A stretch of DNA of 41,656 nucleotides from Candidatus Altiarchaeota archaeon (lineage in GTDB: Archaea > Altiarchaeota > Altiarchaeia > IMC4 > SCGC-AAA252-I15): assembly GCA_043800255.1 (NCBI GenBank), contig JAZDNF010000007.1, forward strand, positions 1-41,656. The letters run 5' to 3'. Made by a program: the position numbers and the translations under genes. Positions 8,833-17,621 of this stretch are shown in pieces. Numbering within the stretch: the first letter of the stretch is position 1; the number at the start of each line of letters is the position of its first letter. Below the pieces are notes generated by a model. The model was not told the origin of the DNA. It saw only the letters and a program-made list of their open reading frames with translations, and did no database searches.

Positions 8833-8858
8833 CAGATAATAATCTGAAGCAGACATTA

Positions 8859-10205
8859 TTAAGTTCTTCCGCGTTTTTTCAGCGCCGCTGACAGCGTATC
8901 CTCGACGGTCTTCCTTATCTTTTCGAGCTTTTCCGGCGTGTCTGCTTCGAATCTGAGTATGAGGGCTGGCTGGGTGTTCGAGGCTCTTATGAGGCCCCAC
9001 CCTCCTTTGAAGTTTATCCGTGCGCCGTCGACTGTTATCACGTTGTGGTCTTTCTGGAATTCTCTTGTAACCTCTTCGACTATGTCGAATTTCAGGTCGT
9101 CGGGGCAGTCGACCCTTATCTCAGGAGTCGAATAATAGTGGGGCATCCTCTCTACCATGTCTGAGAAGCTTTCACCTGATTTTGAGAGTATCTCAGCCAT
9201 CCTCGCCGAGGCGAATATGGCATCATCATATCCATAGTAGTTGTCAGCGAAGAAGAAATGCCCTGACATCTCTCCTGCAAGCAGGGCTTTTTCGCTTCTG
9301 ATCTTCTTCTTGATGAACGAGTGACCTGTCCGGTACATTATCGGTACTCCGCCAGCCTTCTCTATCTCCTCGGGCAGGGCTTTCGAGCATTTGACCTCGA
9401 ATATTATCTTCGCCTTTTTGTGCCTGCTTAGTATGTCCTTTGAGAAGACTATCATCGCCTGGTCTCCTCTGACGATGCTGCCTCTGTCATCCACGAAGCC
9501 GGCTCTGTCGCCGTCGCCGTCATATGCCACTCCCAGGTCAGCATTCTCCTTTCTGACTTTCGCTATCAGGTCTCCCAGGTTCCCGTCCACAGTCGGGTCC
9601 GGATGGTGGTTCGGGAAGTTCCCATCCGGCTTGCAGTAGAGTTCTATGACTTCGCACCCCAGCGTCCGGAAGAGCGTCGGGGCTGTAATGGACGCGGTGC
9701 CGTTTCCTGCATCAATCACCACCTTCAGCTTTTTCCCCGGCTTTATCCTCTCTCCAACATATTCCAGGTAGTCGCCTTCGACATCCCTCTGTTTGAGCTT
9801 GCCTTTGCATTTCCTGTATTTTCCCCGTTCGATTATCTTCCTGAGCTCCTGTATCTGCTCGCCATATAGTGCGTTCTTTCCCTTGCAGAGTTTGAAGCCG
9901 TTGTATTCCGGCGGGTTGTGGCTGCCGGTTATCATGGCGCCCCCGTCCAGCCCGTAATGGTAGATTGAAAAATATAATAAAGGCGTTGATACTGTCCCTA
10001 CGTCCTCAACGTTAACGCCTGCCGACAGTATGCCCCTGATGAGGGCATCTTTTAGTGTCGGGGAGCTCAGCCTGACGTCGCATCCTACTGAAACTGTTCC
10101 AGAGCCTATTACCGTGCCGAACGCTTTCCCTATCTTTTCCGCGACTTCCTCTGTCAGGTCTTTATCGTAGACTCCCCTGATATCGTATGCCCTGAACAAT
10201 GACAT
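8859..10205 (-). CDS. phosphomannomutase/phosphoglucomutase
   Basis: Motifs FRAYDIRG, ITGSHNP, DGDGDR, GEMSGH and RASNTQP. Confidence 0.95.
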   Translation of the reverse strand: MSLFRAYDIRGVYDKDLTEEVAEKIGKAFGTVIGSGTVSVGCDVRLSSPTLKDALIRGILSAGVNVEDVGTVSTPLLYFSIYHYGLDGGAMITGSHNPPEYNGFKLCKGKNALYGEQIQELRKIIERGKYRKCKGKLKQRDVEGDYLEYVGERIKPGKKLKVVIDAGNGTASITAPTLFRTLGCEVIELYCKPDGNFPNHHPDPTVDGNLGDLIAKVRKENADLGVAYDGDGDRAGFVDDRGSIVRGDQAMIVFSKDILSRHKKAKIIFEVKCSKALPEEIEKAGGVPIMYRTGHSFIKKKIRSEKALLAGEMSGHFFFADNYYGYDDAIFASARMAEILSKSGESFSDMVERMPHYYSTPEIRVDCPDDLKFDIVEEVTREFQKDHNVITVDGARINFKGGWGLIRASNTQPALILRFEADTPEKLEKIRKTVEDTLSAALKKRGRT

Positions 10206-10210
10206 TATGA

Positions 10211-11185
10211 CTATTTAGACATGTTATATGAATAATCTAAAACTAATTCACCCTTTAAATTCCTTAGGTATAACGTATCCTCATCATTATTCCAGATAGA
10301 ATTACAACTCTTTCCACTACTACTCCAATATAACTCTTTTTTTGTGTTTGTTCCAAATCCAGTATAAATAGTTACTGTTCTACTATTTTCTAAAATAAAT
10401 GATGGAAATGTGTATATATGATTTGCGTCATCTTTTATAGTCCAACTCATTAAATCACAGGGATACTGGCAAGTGTTTATAAAAGTTACATATTCATCAT
10501 TCAGGTTACTACAATCATTACCCTCTGCATTCCAATGAAAATAAGAAATTCCAATACATCTATTATCACAAATTCCCTCACCTGTTGACGAAGGCTTCCA
10601 GATATTCAATTTTGAAGTTTTGACTTCATTTTGTGCATTCTTTAAATCTGCTTCATATTTTGTATTTGGCTGAATTATAAGGACGTTTGCATAGCCCTCT
10701 TTAACCAACTGTAAATTTACAAATAAGTCGTTAACGAATACATATCTCAAAAGTCTATTATACTGATCTCTGTCTTGAATATCACCTTCTAAACTAACAG
10801 TTTTGCCTTCTACAAGCTCTCTTAATCTATTAGTCACCTCTTGGTAATATGGTTGTCCCTGTTCAGGTGTATTAATGCCAAGTAATCTAATCTCTATACC
10901 GTTTTGTAACTTTATACTATCACCATCTATAACTTTAGATACAATGGCAGTAGATCTATTGAGTATTACCCCTTGTACCATAGTTGTTTGTTGTATCGAT
11001 GCTGTTTCGTCCTTATCGCAAATAGAATTAACATTTATATCCAAACAACAAGATGTTCCAACTAGGATGTATGGTCTGTTGCAAACAACTTTTTGAGATT
11101 TTATATCAAAAATAATTATTACTCCTATGATAACTACAACAACTAAGAGTAAAATTATTATTCCTAGTTTATAATCGTTTTTCAT
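10211..11185 (-). CDS. membrane-anchored thermonuclease (SNase-like) with C-terminal lamin-tail-like domain
   Basis: N-terminal TM helix, CCLDINVNSICD, then VIDGDSI, IRLLGINTPE, DQYNRLLRYV. C-terminal DEYVTFIN...WTIKD...WNNDEDTLYL. Visibly AT-rich. Confidence 0.88.
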   Translation of the reverse strand: MKNDYKLGIIILLLVVVVIIGVIIIFDIKSQKVVCNRPYILVGTSCCLDINVNSICDKDETASIQQTTMVQGVILNRSTAIVSKVIDGDSIKLQNGIEIRLLGINTPEQGQPYYQEVTNRLRELVEGKTVSLEGDIQDRDQYNRLLRYVFVNDLFVNLQLVKEGYANVLIIQPNTKYEADLKNAQNEVKTSKLNIWKPSSTGEGICDNRCIGISYFHWNAEGNDCSNLNDEYVTFINTCQYPCDLMSWTIKDDANHIYTFPSFILENSRTVTIYTGFGTNTKKELYWSSSGKSCNSIWNNDEDTLYLRNLKGELVLDYSYNMSK

Positions 11186-11223
11186 TTCATCACCCCAACT
11201 AATTTTTATAACTCCTATGGTTC

Positions 11224-12066
11224 TTAAGAAATTCCCTTCCAGTTCCTGATCACGTTCTCGTACGCCTCATAGGTTCCGGTGTCAAACCACTGGCCGTCAA
11301 AATGGTAGCCGTAGAGTTTCCCCTTCTTCGCCAGCTTCGGGAAGATCTGTTTTTCCATCATAGCATGTCCTTTGGGTATCATCTTTATGATCTCCGGGTT
11401 CAGCGCGTAGACTCCCGCGTTTATGAGCTTCGACGGCTCGTCGCCCTTTTTCGGCTTTTCCACGAATTCCAGTATCTTGTCGCCTTTCATCTTGGCGACG
11501 CCGAACTGCGAGGGGTCCTCAACCGGCGTCAGCGCGATCGTCGCTGAGCTTTTCTTCTCGTCGTGGAATCTGATGAAATCCCTGAGGTCTATGTCGGAGA
11601 GGACGTCGCCGTTGAGCATGAGGAACGGCCCGTTGAGCATGTCCTTGGCAAGGTATAATGCGCCCGCCGTTCCCATCTCCCTCTTCTCCTCGGAGTATGT
11701 TATGTTGACGCCGAATTTGGAGCCGTTCCCGAAGTGCTCTTTTATCTTCTCGCTCATGTAGCCTACTGAGAGGATGATGTCCCTTATCTCATGCTTCCTC
11801 AACAGTTCTATGATGTGTTGGACGAGCGGCTTCCCCTGGACAGGTATCATGGGCTTCGGTATCTCGTAGGTGAACGGCCTCATCCTCGTTCCCTTGCCCC
11901 CGGCAAGTATAAACGCCTTCCGTATGTTAGACTTCGATGTTGCCTTCTCCAGGAGGACTTCCATCGCATGCGACCTGTTCCTGATCCTGATGCCGTCAAC
12001 CTCCTCGTCAACCTTGTCCAGGATGTCCTTCCTTAATGTGACAGTAACCTGCTCTCGTTTCATCAT
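11224..12066 (-). CDS. sugar-phosphate nucleotidyltransferase (Man-1-P guanylyltransferase-like) with N-terminal RHH domain
   Basis: ILAGGKGTRMRPFTYEIPKPM, GTAGA, NGDV, FVEKP and WFDTGT. The N-terminus QVTVTL...RNRSHAMEVLL is RHH-like. Confidence 0.9.
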   Translation of the reverse strand: MMKREQVTVTLRKDILDKVDEEVDGIRIRNRSHAMEVLLEKATSKSNIRKAFILAGGKGTRMRPFTYEIPKPMIPVQGKPLVQHIIELLRKHEIRDIILSVGYMSEKIKEHFGNGSKFGVNITYSEEKREMGTAGALYLAKDMLNGPFLMLNGDVLSDIDLRDFIRFHDEKKSSATIALTPVEDPSQFGVAKMKGDKILEFVEKPKKGDEPSKLINAGVYALNPEIIKMIPKGHAMMEKQIFPKLAKKGKLYGYHFDGQWFDTGTYEAYENVIRNWKGIS

Positions 12067-12106
12067 GAGATAAGATAATATAATGGTTTATGTGCTATTA
12101 ATAATT

Positions 12107-12787
12107 ATGGTCAGGGCGTCTGTTATTGTTCCAACCTTCAGGGAGGCTGAGAACATCGGGAGGCTGATTGAGGGCGTCTTCTCCGTCTTCCCCGAGGCCG
12201 AGCTTATCGTGGTGGACGATGACAGCCCCGACGGGACTGCCAGGATCGCTGAAGGCTATACGAGCAGATACGACATGAAAGTGTTGTGTAGGAAGGGGGA
12301 GCGGGGCCTCGCGTCTGCTGTGATAGCAGGATTCAAGCTGGCATCAAACGATATCATAGGAGTCATAGACGCCGACTTCAGCCATCCTTTGGAAAGCATC
12401 CCGGAGCTTGTGAGAAAGGTTGAGGAGGGCTGTGACCTTGTCGTCGGCAGCAGGTACACCCGAGGCGGGAGGATTGAGAATTGGCCTCTCCTCAGGAGGC
12501 TCACATCCAGAGGAGCTAAACTGCTCGCGAGGCCGTTGACCAGCGTCAAGGATCCGGTGTCAGGTTTCTTCTTCCTCAGGAAAAAGGTGCTCGAAGGCGT
12601 CAGCCTGAACCCGACAGGCTATAAGATAGGGTTGGAGGTTATCGTGAAGGGCAACTACCGGAAGGTGGCTGAGGTGCCTATAACATTCACAGACCGCAAG
12701 GTCGGGAAAAGCAAGCTGAGCCTGAGAGAGTACAGGAACTACCTAATACACTTGCTGAGGCTCTACACGTACAAGTTAGGCTTTTAG
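12107..12787 (+). CDS. polyprenol monophosphomannose synthase (DPM1-like GT2)
   Basis: SVIVPTFRE, VVDDDSPDGT, IDADFSHP, GSRY and DPVSGFF. Start placed at MVRASV (12107). Confidence 0.92.
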   Translation: MVRASVIVPTFREAENIGRLIEGVFSVFPEAELIVVDDDSPDGTARIAEGYTSRYDMKVLCRKGERGLASAVIAGFKLASNDIIGVIDADFSHPLESIPELVRKVEEGCDLVVGSRYTRGGRIENWPLLRRLTSRGAKLLARPLTSVKDPVSGFFFLRKKVLEGVSLNPTGYKIGLEVIVKGNYRKVAEVPITFTDRKVGKSKLSLREYRNYLIHLLRLYTYKLGF

Positions 12788-12790
12788 GGG

Positions 12791-13261
12791 ATGGCAAAAT
12801 ACAATATACGGACGGTTGACGGGAACCGCGGCAGATGGCTCTGCAGGAACGGCCGGAACGCGCTGATCAAGCTGGCTGAGACTGTTGACTCAACAGAGAT
12901 TAACGACTTATGCGAGCTGCCCGAACCTCTTGAGTTCAACGGCCTGACCATCAGGAAGACGATGTTCCGCTCCCCTGAGACAGGAGACGACGTTCACGCG
13001 CTTGAGACGGTAAGCGATGAAGACGATAACACAACATACACGGTCGTCCGCTCCCCCAAGGGTTTGAGCGTCTATGCGAGAGTCCATAAGACCGGCTTCC
13101 CGCCCGAAGCGTTCGGCGCCATACCCTGGCCCAACGCTGACCTAACAAAAAAACCCTCCCGCGAGCTTCCTGACGACGTCGGGCCCAATCAGGACTTCAA
13201 GATTGCGGACATACGAACCAAAAGACACTTCCTCAGCAGCAGCTTAAAACCTGAGGTTTAG
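12791..13261 (+). CDS. hypothetical protein, paralog A
   Basis: 156 aa; aligns end to end by eye with 13293..13742. Confidence 0.8.
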   Translation: MAKYNIRTVDGNRGRWLCRNGRNALIKLAETVDSTEINDLCELPEPLEFNGLTIRKTMFRSPETGDDVHALETVSDEDDNTTYTVVRSPKGLSVYARVHKTGFPPEAFGAIPWPNADLTKKPSRELPDDVGPNQDFKIADIRTKRHFLSSSLKPEV

Positions 13262-13292
13262 AGCATATTCCTCTCCAATCTACATAATATAC

Positions 13293-13742
13293 ATGTCAAA
13301 ATTCAGGATTGAGAATGTTGACAGAAAACGCGGGAGGTTCCTGTGCCGGAGCGGCCGGCGTGCGATTCTGCAGCTGGCTGAGGCGCTTGACGGTAATGAA
13401 ATCGGCGATTTGGATAAGCTGCCCACTCCAGTGAACTTCAAAGAGTTTGAAGTAAATAAAATCTCTTTTCCAGCGGATGGAAAAACTGTTCCTGCATTGG
13501 AGGTAAAAACCGCGGACAGTGATGTGGTAACCTACACTGTGGTGCGTTCTAAGGCTGGTTTAAGCCTCTATGCGAGAGTCCATGAGCCGCCTTATTCTCA
13601 TCCGCCTCTCTACCACTTTGGTCTCGACGTTTTTGAGGAGCAGCCTAAGCCTAAGAAGTCTGACGTATCCAAAGTGCTGCCCAAAGACGTCAACCTCAAC
13701 CAGGACTTCAAGGTCGCTGATGTCGTGCGCAAAGGGAACTAA
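13293..13742 (+). CDS. hypothetical protein, paralog B
   Basis: 149 aa; shares RGRxLCRxGR, TYTVVRSxxGLSxYARVH and LPxDVxxNQDFKxAD with paralog A. Confidence 0.8.
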   Translation: MSKFRIENVDRKRGRFLCRSGRRAILQLAEALDGNEIGDLDKLPTPVNFKEFEVNKISFPADGKTVPALEVKTADSDVVTYTVVRSKAGLSLYARVHEPPYSHPPLYHFGLDVFEEQPKPKKSDVSKVLPKDVNLNQDFKVADVVRKGN

Positions 13743-14497
13743 TAGGTTTCCGGTATCAGTCCCGTGCACCGCCAGTTTATCTCCGCTGTCCTCGTGTCCT
13801 CGCTTACGACGCACGCCGGACTGCAGCCTTCCCTCTTGAGGTCTAGGTCAATCCACCATGTGCCGGTGTTCCCATTGTAATAGTAGCTTTCCGTCAGCCT
13901 GCCTTCTCTGGTGCATTCGCTGTCTTTGGCGATTCTCAGAGCCTCTTCAGCCAGCAGCGTGTCCTCGTTCGCGTCTAATTCCACGTCAGGCGTGCAGTAT
14001 CCTAACGCATCTTTGACTCCTTCAGGCGCCTTGCAGGTGTAGCCTTTCGGGCATCCTAATCCTGCGGTGCCTGCGCACTCGCACAGCTGCTCGCATTGCA
14101 TGGTGCATGCGACGCCCTCCTTGCCTTGGCTGTCAAGCTGGCATCTGTTGGAGCATTCGTTCCATCTCCCGCCTCCAGACTTACAGAGCTCTTCCGTCAG
14201 GGGGCAGTCTTCCTGCCACGTTTTCAGGCACTTCTGTTTGGAGTCGCACCAACTGTAGCCTACCCACAGCATGCAGCCGTGCTCGTCCTTTTCGACAATT
14301 TTCGGCTTCTCAGCCTCTTTGAGTTCTTCGACGAACGTCTTCCCGTCTGACGTACTGCACTGCCTCGGATAGCTTTCCATGACCGGGTTGCCTGCTGAAA
14401 CGCAGGAGTCGAAGCTGTTGATTTCCGGCTTATTTTTAGCGCAGCCTGCGATAAAAACCGCGGTGATGATAACGAGTAGAGGGAGTAGTTTTTTCAT
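13739..14497 (-). CDS. Cys-rich multi-module lipoprotein
   Basis: Start MKKLLPLL (14497), lipobox FIAGC. Modules CVSAGNPVMESYPRQC, DEHGC..GYSWC and TWWIDL..GCSPACVV..AEINWRCTGL. Confidence 0.8.
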   Translation of the reverse strand: MKKLLPLLVIITAVFIAGCAKNKPEINSFDSCVSAGNPVMESYPRQCSTSDGKTFVEELKEAEKPKIVEKDEHGCMLWVGYSWCDSKQKCLKTWQEDCPLTEELCKSGGGRWNECSNRCQLDSQGKEGVACTMQCEQLCECAGTAGLGCPKGYTCKAPEGVKDALGYCTPDVELDANEDTLLAEEALRIAKDSECTREGRLTESYYYNGNTGTWWIDLDLKREGCSPACVVSEDTRTAEINWRCTGLIPETY

Positions 14498-14671
14498 CGT
14501 TTGAGCCTCCTTTTTACTAAGAAATCTCAGGCAGCATATAAAAAGCATCATCTTTTCTTTCGGGTTAGGCCGAAACAAGCCGCCCCTCTTCTCCCTAAGC
14601 TGCTGGTTCAGGCAGTAATGCATTTTTAATACCTATCTGACATGAGTAATACACACATATGGGGTGATAAC

Positions 14672-15220
14672 ATGTTTGTATTCCTTTTGTTTGGATTGAT
14701 TGTCCTGGCGGGCTTGTGGCTTGTGCTTATCTACAACGGCCTGATTAGGCTGAAGAACGAGGTTGAGAATTCTTACGCGCAGATAGACGTGCAATTGAAG
14801 CGCAGGAACGATCTCATACCTAATCTGGTCGAGACTGTGAAAGGCTACGCCGCCCATGAGAAGACGGTTCTCGAGAACATCACCAAGGCGAGGGCGTCCA
14901 TCATGAACGCCACCACAGTCGGCGAGAAGGCGAAGGCGTCGAACATGCTCTCAGACACGTTAAAGTCGCTGTTCGCTGTCGCGGAAAATTACCCGCAGCT
15001 TAAGGCTAATGAGAACTTCCTCCAGCTGCAGGAGGAACTGTCAGGAACGGAGAACAAGATAGCCTACTCCAGGCAGCATTACAACGATGTTGTGATGGAG
15101 TTCAACGTCAGGATACAGGTCTTCCCGAACAACATGATCTCAGGTTCCTTGGGCTTCAAGCAGAAGGAGCTGTTCTCAACGCCCGAAGAGGAGAAGAAAG
15201 TCCCTAAGGTCAAGTTTTAG
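14672..15220 (+). CDS. lemA: LemA family protein
   Basis: [24 protein letters not shown] and [23 protein letters not shown] precedes ATG 14672. Confidence 0.95.
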   Translation: MFVFLLFGLIVLAGLWLVLIYNGLIRLKNEVENSYAQIDVQLKRRNDLIPNLVETVKGYAAHEKTVLENITKARASIMNATTVGEKAKASNMLSDTLKSLFAVAENYPQLKANENFLQLQEELSGTENKIAYSRQHYNDVVMEFNVRIQVFPNNMISGSLGFKQKELFSTPEEEKKVPKVKF

Positions 15221-15226
15221 GCTAAA

Positions 15227-16126
15227 ATGCGGACTATGTTCGAGCAGGTTCGGGACAGCAAGAGACGATCCTACCTGCTGATACTGGTCTTCATCATTCT
15301 CCTGGGCGTGCTCGGCGCAGTTTTGGGCATAATCTGGGATAACGTGTACTCCGGGCTTGCCGTTGCTGTGGTGATTTCCATACTCTACACGATATTCGCG
15401 TACTACTCCGGAGACAGCATGATATTGAGCATGACCGGGGCCAAGCCTGTCACCAAGGATGAGAGCCCCTACCTTTATCACACGGTCGAGGGTTTGGCGT
15501 TGGCCAGCGGCATCCCAACGCCCAAAGCGTATATCATAGAGGACAGTGCCTTGAACGCGTTCGCAACCGGCAGAGACCCCCAGCACGCATCCGTCACAGT
15601 GACCAGCGGCCTCCTGAAGGCCATGGACCGGCAGGAGCTTGAGGGCGTCATCGCCCATGAGATGTCCCACATCCAAAACTTTGACATCAGGTACATGATG
15701 CTCGCCACCGTCCTCGTGGGGTTGACAACGCTCATAAGCGATTTCATACTCAGGTCAATGTGGTACGGCGGCCGCCGGAGAGGGAACCGGCAGGAGGGCG
15801 GCGCCCAAGTGGCGTTGCTGGCTGTCGGAATAGTCTTCGCAATCCTGGCACCCCTCGTAGGACAGATGATACGATTGGCCATAAGCAGGCAGAGAGAATT
15901 CCTCGCAGACGCCAACGCCGCAGTACTCACACGATACCCCCCAGGACTCGCCAACGCCCTCACAAAAATAAAAGCAGACCCCGACCCCCTCGTAGACCGA
16001 GCCAACAAAGCCACAGCCCACCTATTCATATCCACACCCTTCAGAAACACCAAAGGACTCGTCACAAACCTATTCTCAACCCACCCCCCACTAGACGAAC
16101 GCATACAACGACTCGAAAAAATGTGA
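15227..16126 (+). CDS. htpX: zinc metalloprotease HtpX (M48)
   Basis: Motifs NAFATG, HEMSH, SRQREFLADA and FSTHPP. Confidence 0.93.
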   Translation: MRTMFEQVRDSKRRSYLLILVFIILLGVLGAVLGIIWDNVYSGLAVAVVISILYTIFAYYSGDSMILSMTGAKPVTKDESPYLYHTVEGLALASGIPTPKAYIIEDSALNAFATGRDPQHASVTVTSGLLKAMDRQELEGVIAHEMSHIQNFDIRYMMLATVLVGLTTLISDFILRSMWYGGRRRGNRQEGGAQVALLAVGIVFAILAPLVGQMIRLAISRQREFLADANAAVLTRYPPGLANALTKIKADPDPLVDRANKATAHLFISTPFRNTKGLVTNLFSTHPPLDERIQRLEKM

Positions 16127-16300
16127 CCCCCGTTCTATACTAATTAGAGCGTTCGCTTTGCCGTTTTTTTGACATTCGGAGCTACTGGTGGATTCGACGT
16201 TGCTCTTAAAATACATTATATCAACCAGTTTAATAGCATTATTTAAGCTTTGTTAGATAGAATATAACACTCTCAGAGATTGAATGTGGGGTTAGGTGGT

Positions 16301-16912
16301 GTGAAATCTAAGATTATAATTGATGCTACCGTACCAATTAGCCTTTCTAAGGTAAACTATTTTGATGAGATAAAGAAGTTTATTGAAGAGGAAAAGTGTG
16401 AGCTTATTATGTCCAAGCAGACATTCGATGAATGTTGTCAACGAGATCTAAAGCGTGAACTACAGAATATTGGTGGTTTCAAGACAATAGAATCAATGAA
16501 ACCAGACATAGAACAGTTAAGAACACTACATGAAACCAAATTTGGTAAACATCCCTGCATAAGTGACAATGATTATTCTGTCATTGATATTTCATTGAAA
16601 GAGAAGGGAGATATTATTGTGACAGATGATTATAACGTTCTGAAAGTATTACAAAATATTAAAAATATTAAGAAAATACCTCAGGAACAGGGTATAATAG
16701 CCACATTACCCACATTTTTATTATATATGTACCGTAAGAACAAAAGGTTATTCAACAGAAGATTGTACATTTGTATGAATTGTGATATTTATAAGAATAT
16801 TGAGATACCTTATACCCATGAAGGTGTTAAGGATAAAGAGTGGAGTGTTAGGGACATTAGATATAGATTCAGACCTTATGCAGAGAGTATAACCGGTGTG
16901 TTACAAAAATGA
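16301..16912 (+). CDS. PIN-domain protein (putative nuclease)
   Basis: Acidic PIN pattern IIIDATV, TFDEC, SDNDYSV, IVTDD. GTG start at 16301 follows AGGTGGT. AT-rich. Confidence 0.7.
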   Translation: MKSKIIIDATVPISLSKVNYFDEIKKFIEEEKCELIMSKQTFDECCQRDLKRELQNIGGFKTIESMKPDIEQLRTLHETKFGKHPCISDNDYSVIDISLKEKGDIIVTDDYNVLKVLQNIKNIKKIPQEQGIIATLPTFLLYMYRKNKRLFNRRLYICMNCDIYKNIEIPYTHEGVKDKEWSVRDIRYRFRPYAESITGVLQK

Positions 16913-17133
16913 ATAACTCAAAGAGAGAGGAGATAATTGAACAAAAGAGGTTAATGCGCGAAGCATTTAAAATTGAAAAGGAATACGCAAAACTTCTCGA
17001 AAAAAAGGTTATGGAGGAGATAGAAGAAAGGAGAAGTGGAGTGGAATATTGCACAAGCGAGTATAAAATTTCTAGAGTGGAACTTTTGAGGAATCACATA
17101 CCCAAAACTGAACGGTTTTACCGGATTGCATAA
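16909..17133 (+). CDS. small charged hypothetical protein
   Basis: 74 aa, with an ATGA overlap on the PIN gene stop. Confidence 0.6.
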   Translation: MNNSKREEIIEQKRLMREAFKIEKEYAKLLEKKVMEEIEERRSGVEYCTSEYKISRVELLRNHIPKTERFYRIA

Positions 17134-17139
17134 GTTAAA

Positions 17140-17424
17140 ATGGCAAAAAATAATGAGGATAGACCTGTTTTTAGAGTTCCAGATTACAAGAAATTTTATG
17201 CCACTAATGTTTATTGTGGATTAACTGAACATGATTTTCGGATAGAATTTATGAATGAGAAGGAAAAAGATAAAGGTAAATGGTCATATGTCTCTGACGG
17301 TATGTTAATCCTAAGTCCTCTTGGTGCAAAAAGACTCCATGAAAAATTGGGAAGAATACTAAATGTATTCGAAAAAGAAAACGGTGTAGTCGAAACCAAG
17401 ACAAAGAAGGAAAAAACATACTAA
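17140..17424 (+). CDS. DUF3467-like protein
   Basis: FYATNV...TEHDFRIEF...LILSPLGAKRL...L..FEKENG pattern. Confidence 0.65.
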   Translation: MAKNNEDRPVFRVPDYKKFYATNVYCGLTEHDFRIEFMNEKEKDKGKWSYVSDGMLILSPLGAKRLHEKLGRILNVFEKENGVVETKTKKEKTY

Positions 17425-17621
17425 CATAGCAAAACCTTAGATACTATTGTGTTTATATTTGGTAGGATGTCTAATATTATTTTATGAAAAAAGAAACTGT
17501 TACCCTTGGGGGGGATAATTACAAGTTAATGCTTCGTCTGATGTCTAGTCGTAATACTGAGAAGCCCATTATGATACGAAAGATTATGGATGTTGGTGAT
17601 TCAGGTATTATTTCGTATACT

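Noticed and set aside
8775-8835. Hammerhead ribozyme (CUGAUGA ... GAAA on the minus strand)
   Set aside because: No stem II pairing between the motifs; box C/D architecture explains them fully.
16178-16206. tRNA-like fragment (ttcga) as an island attachment site
   Set aside because: No cloverleaf and no matching repeat at the other end of the island.
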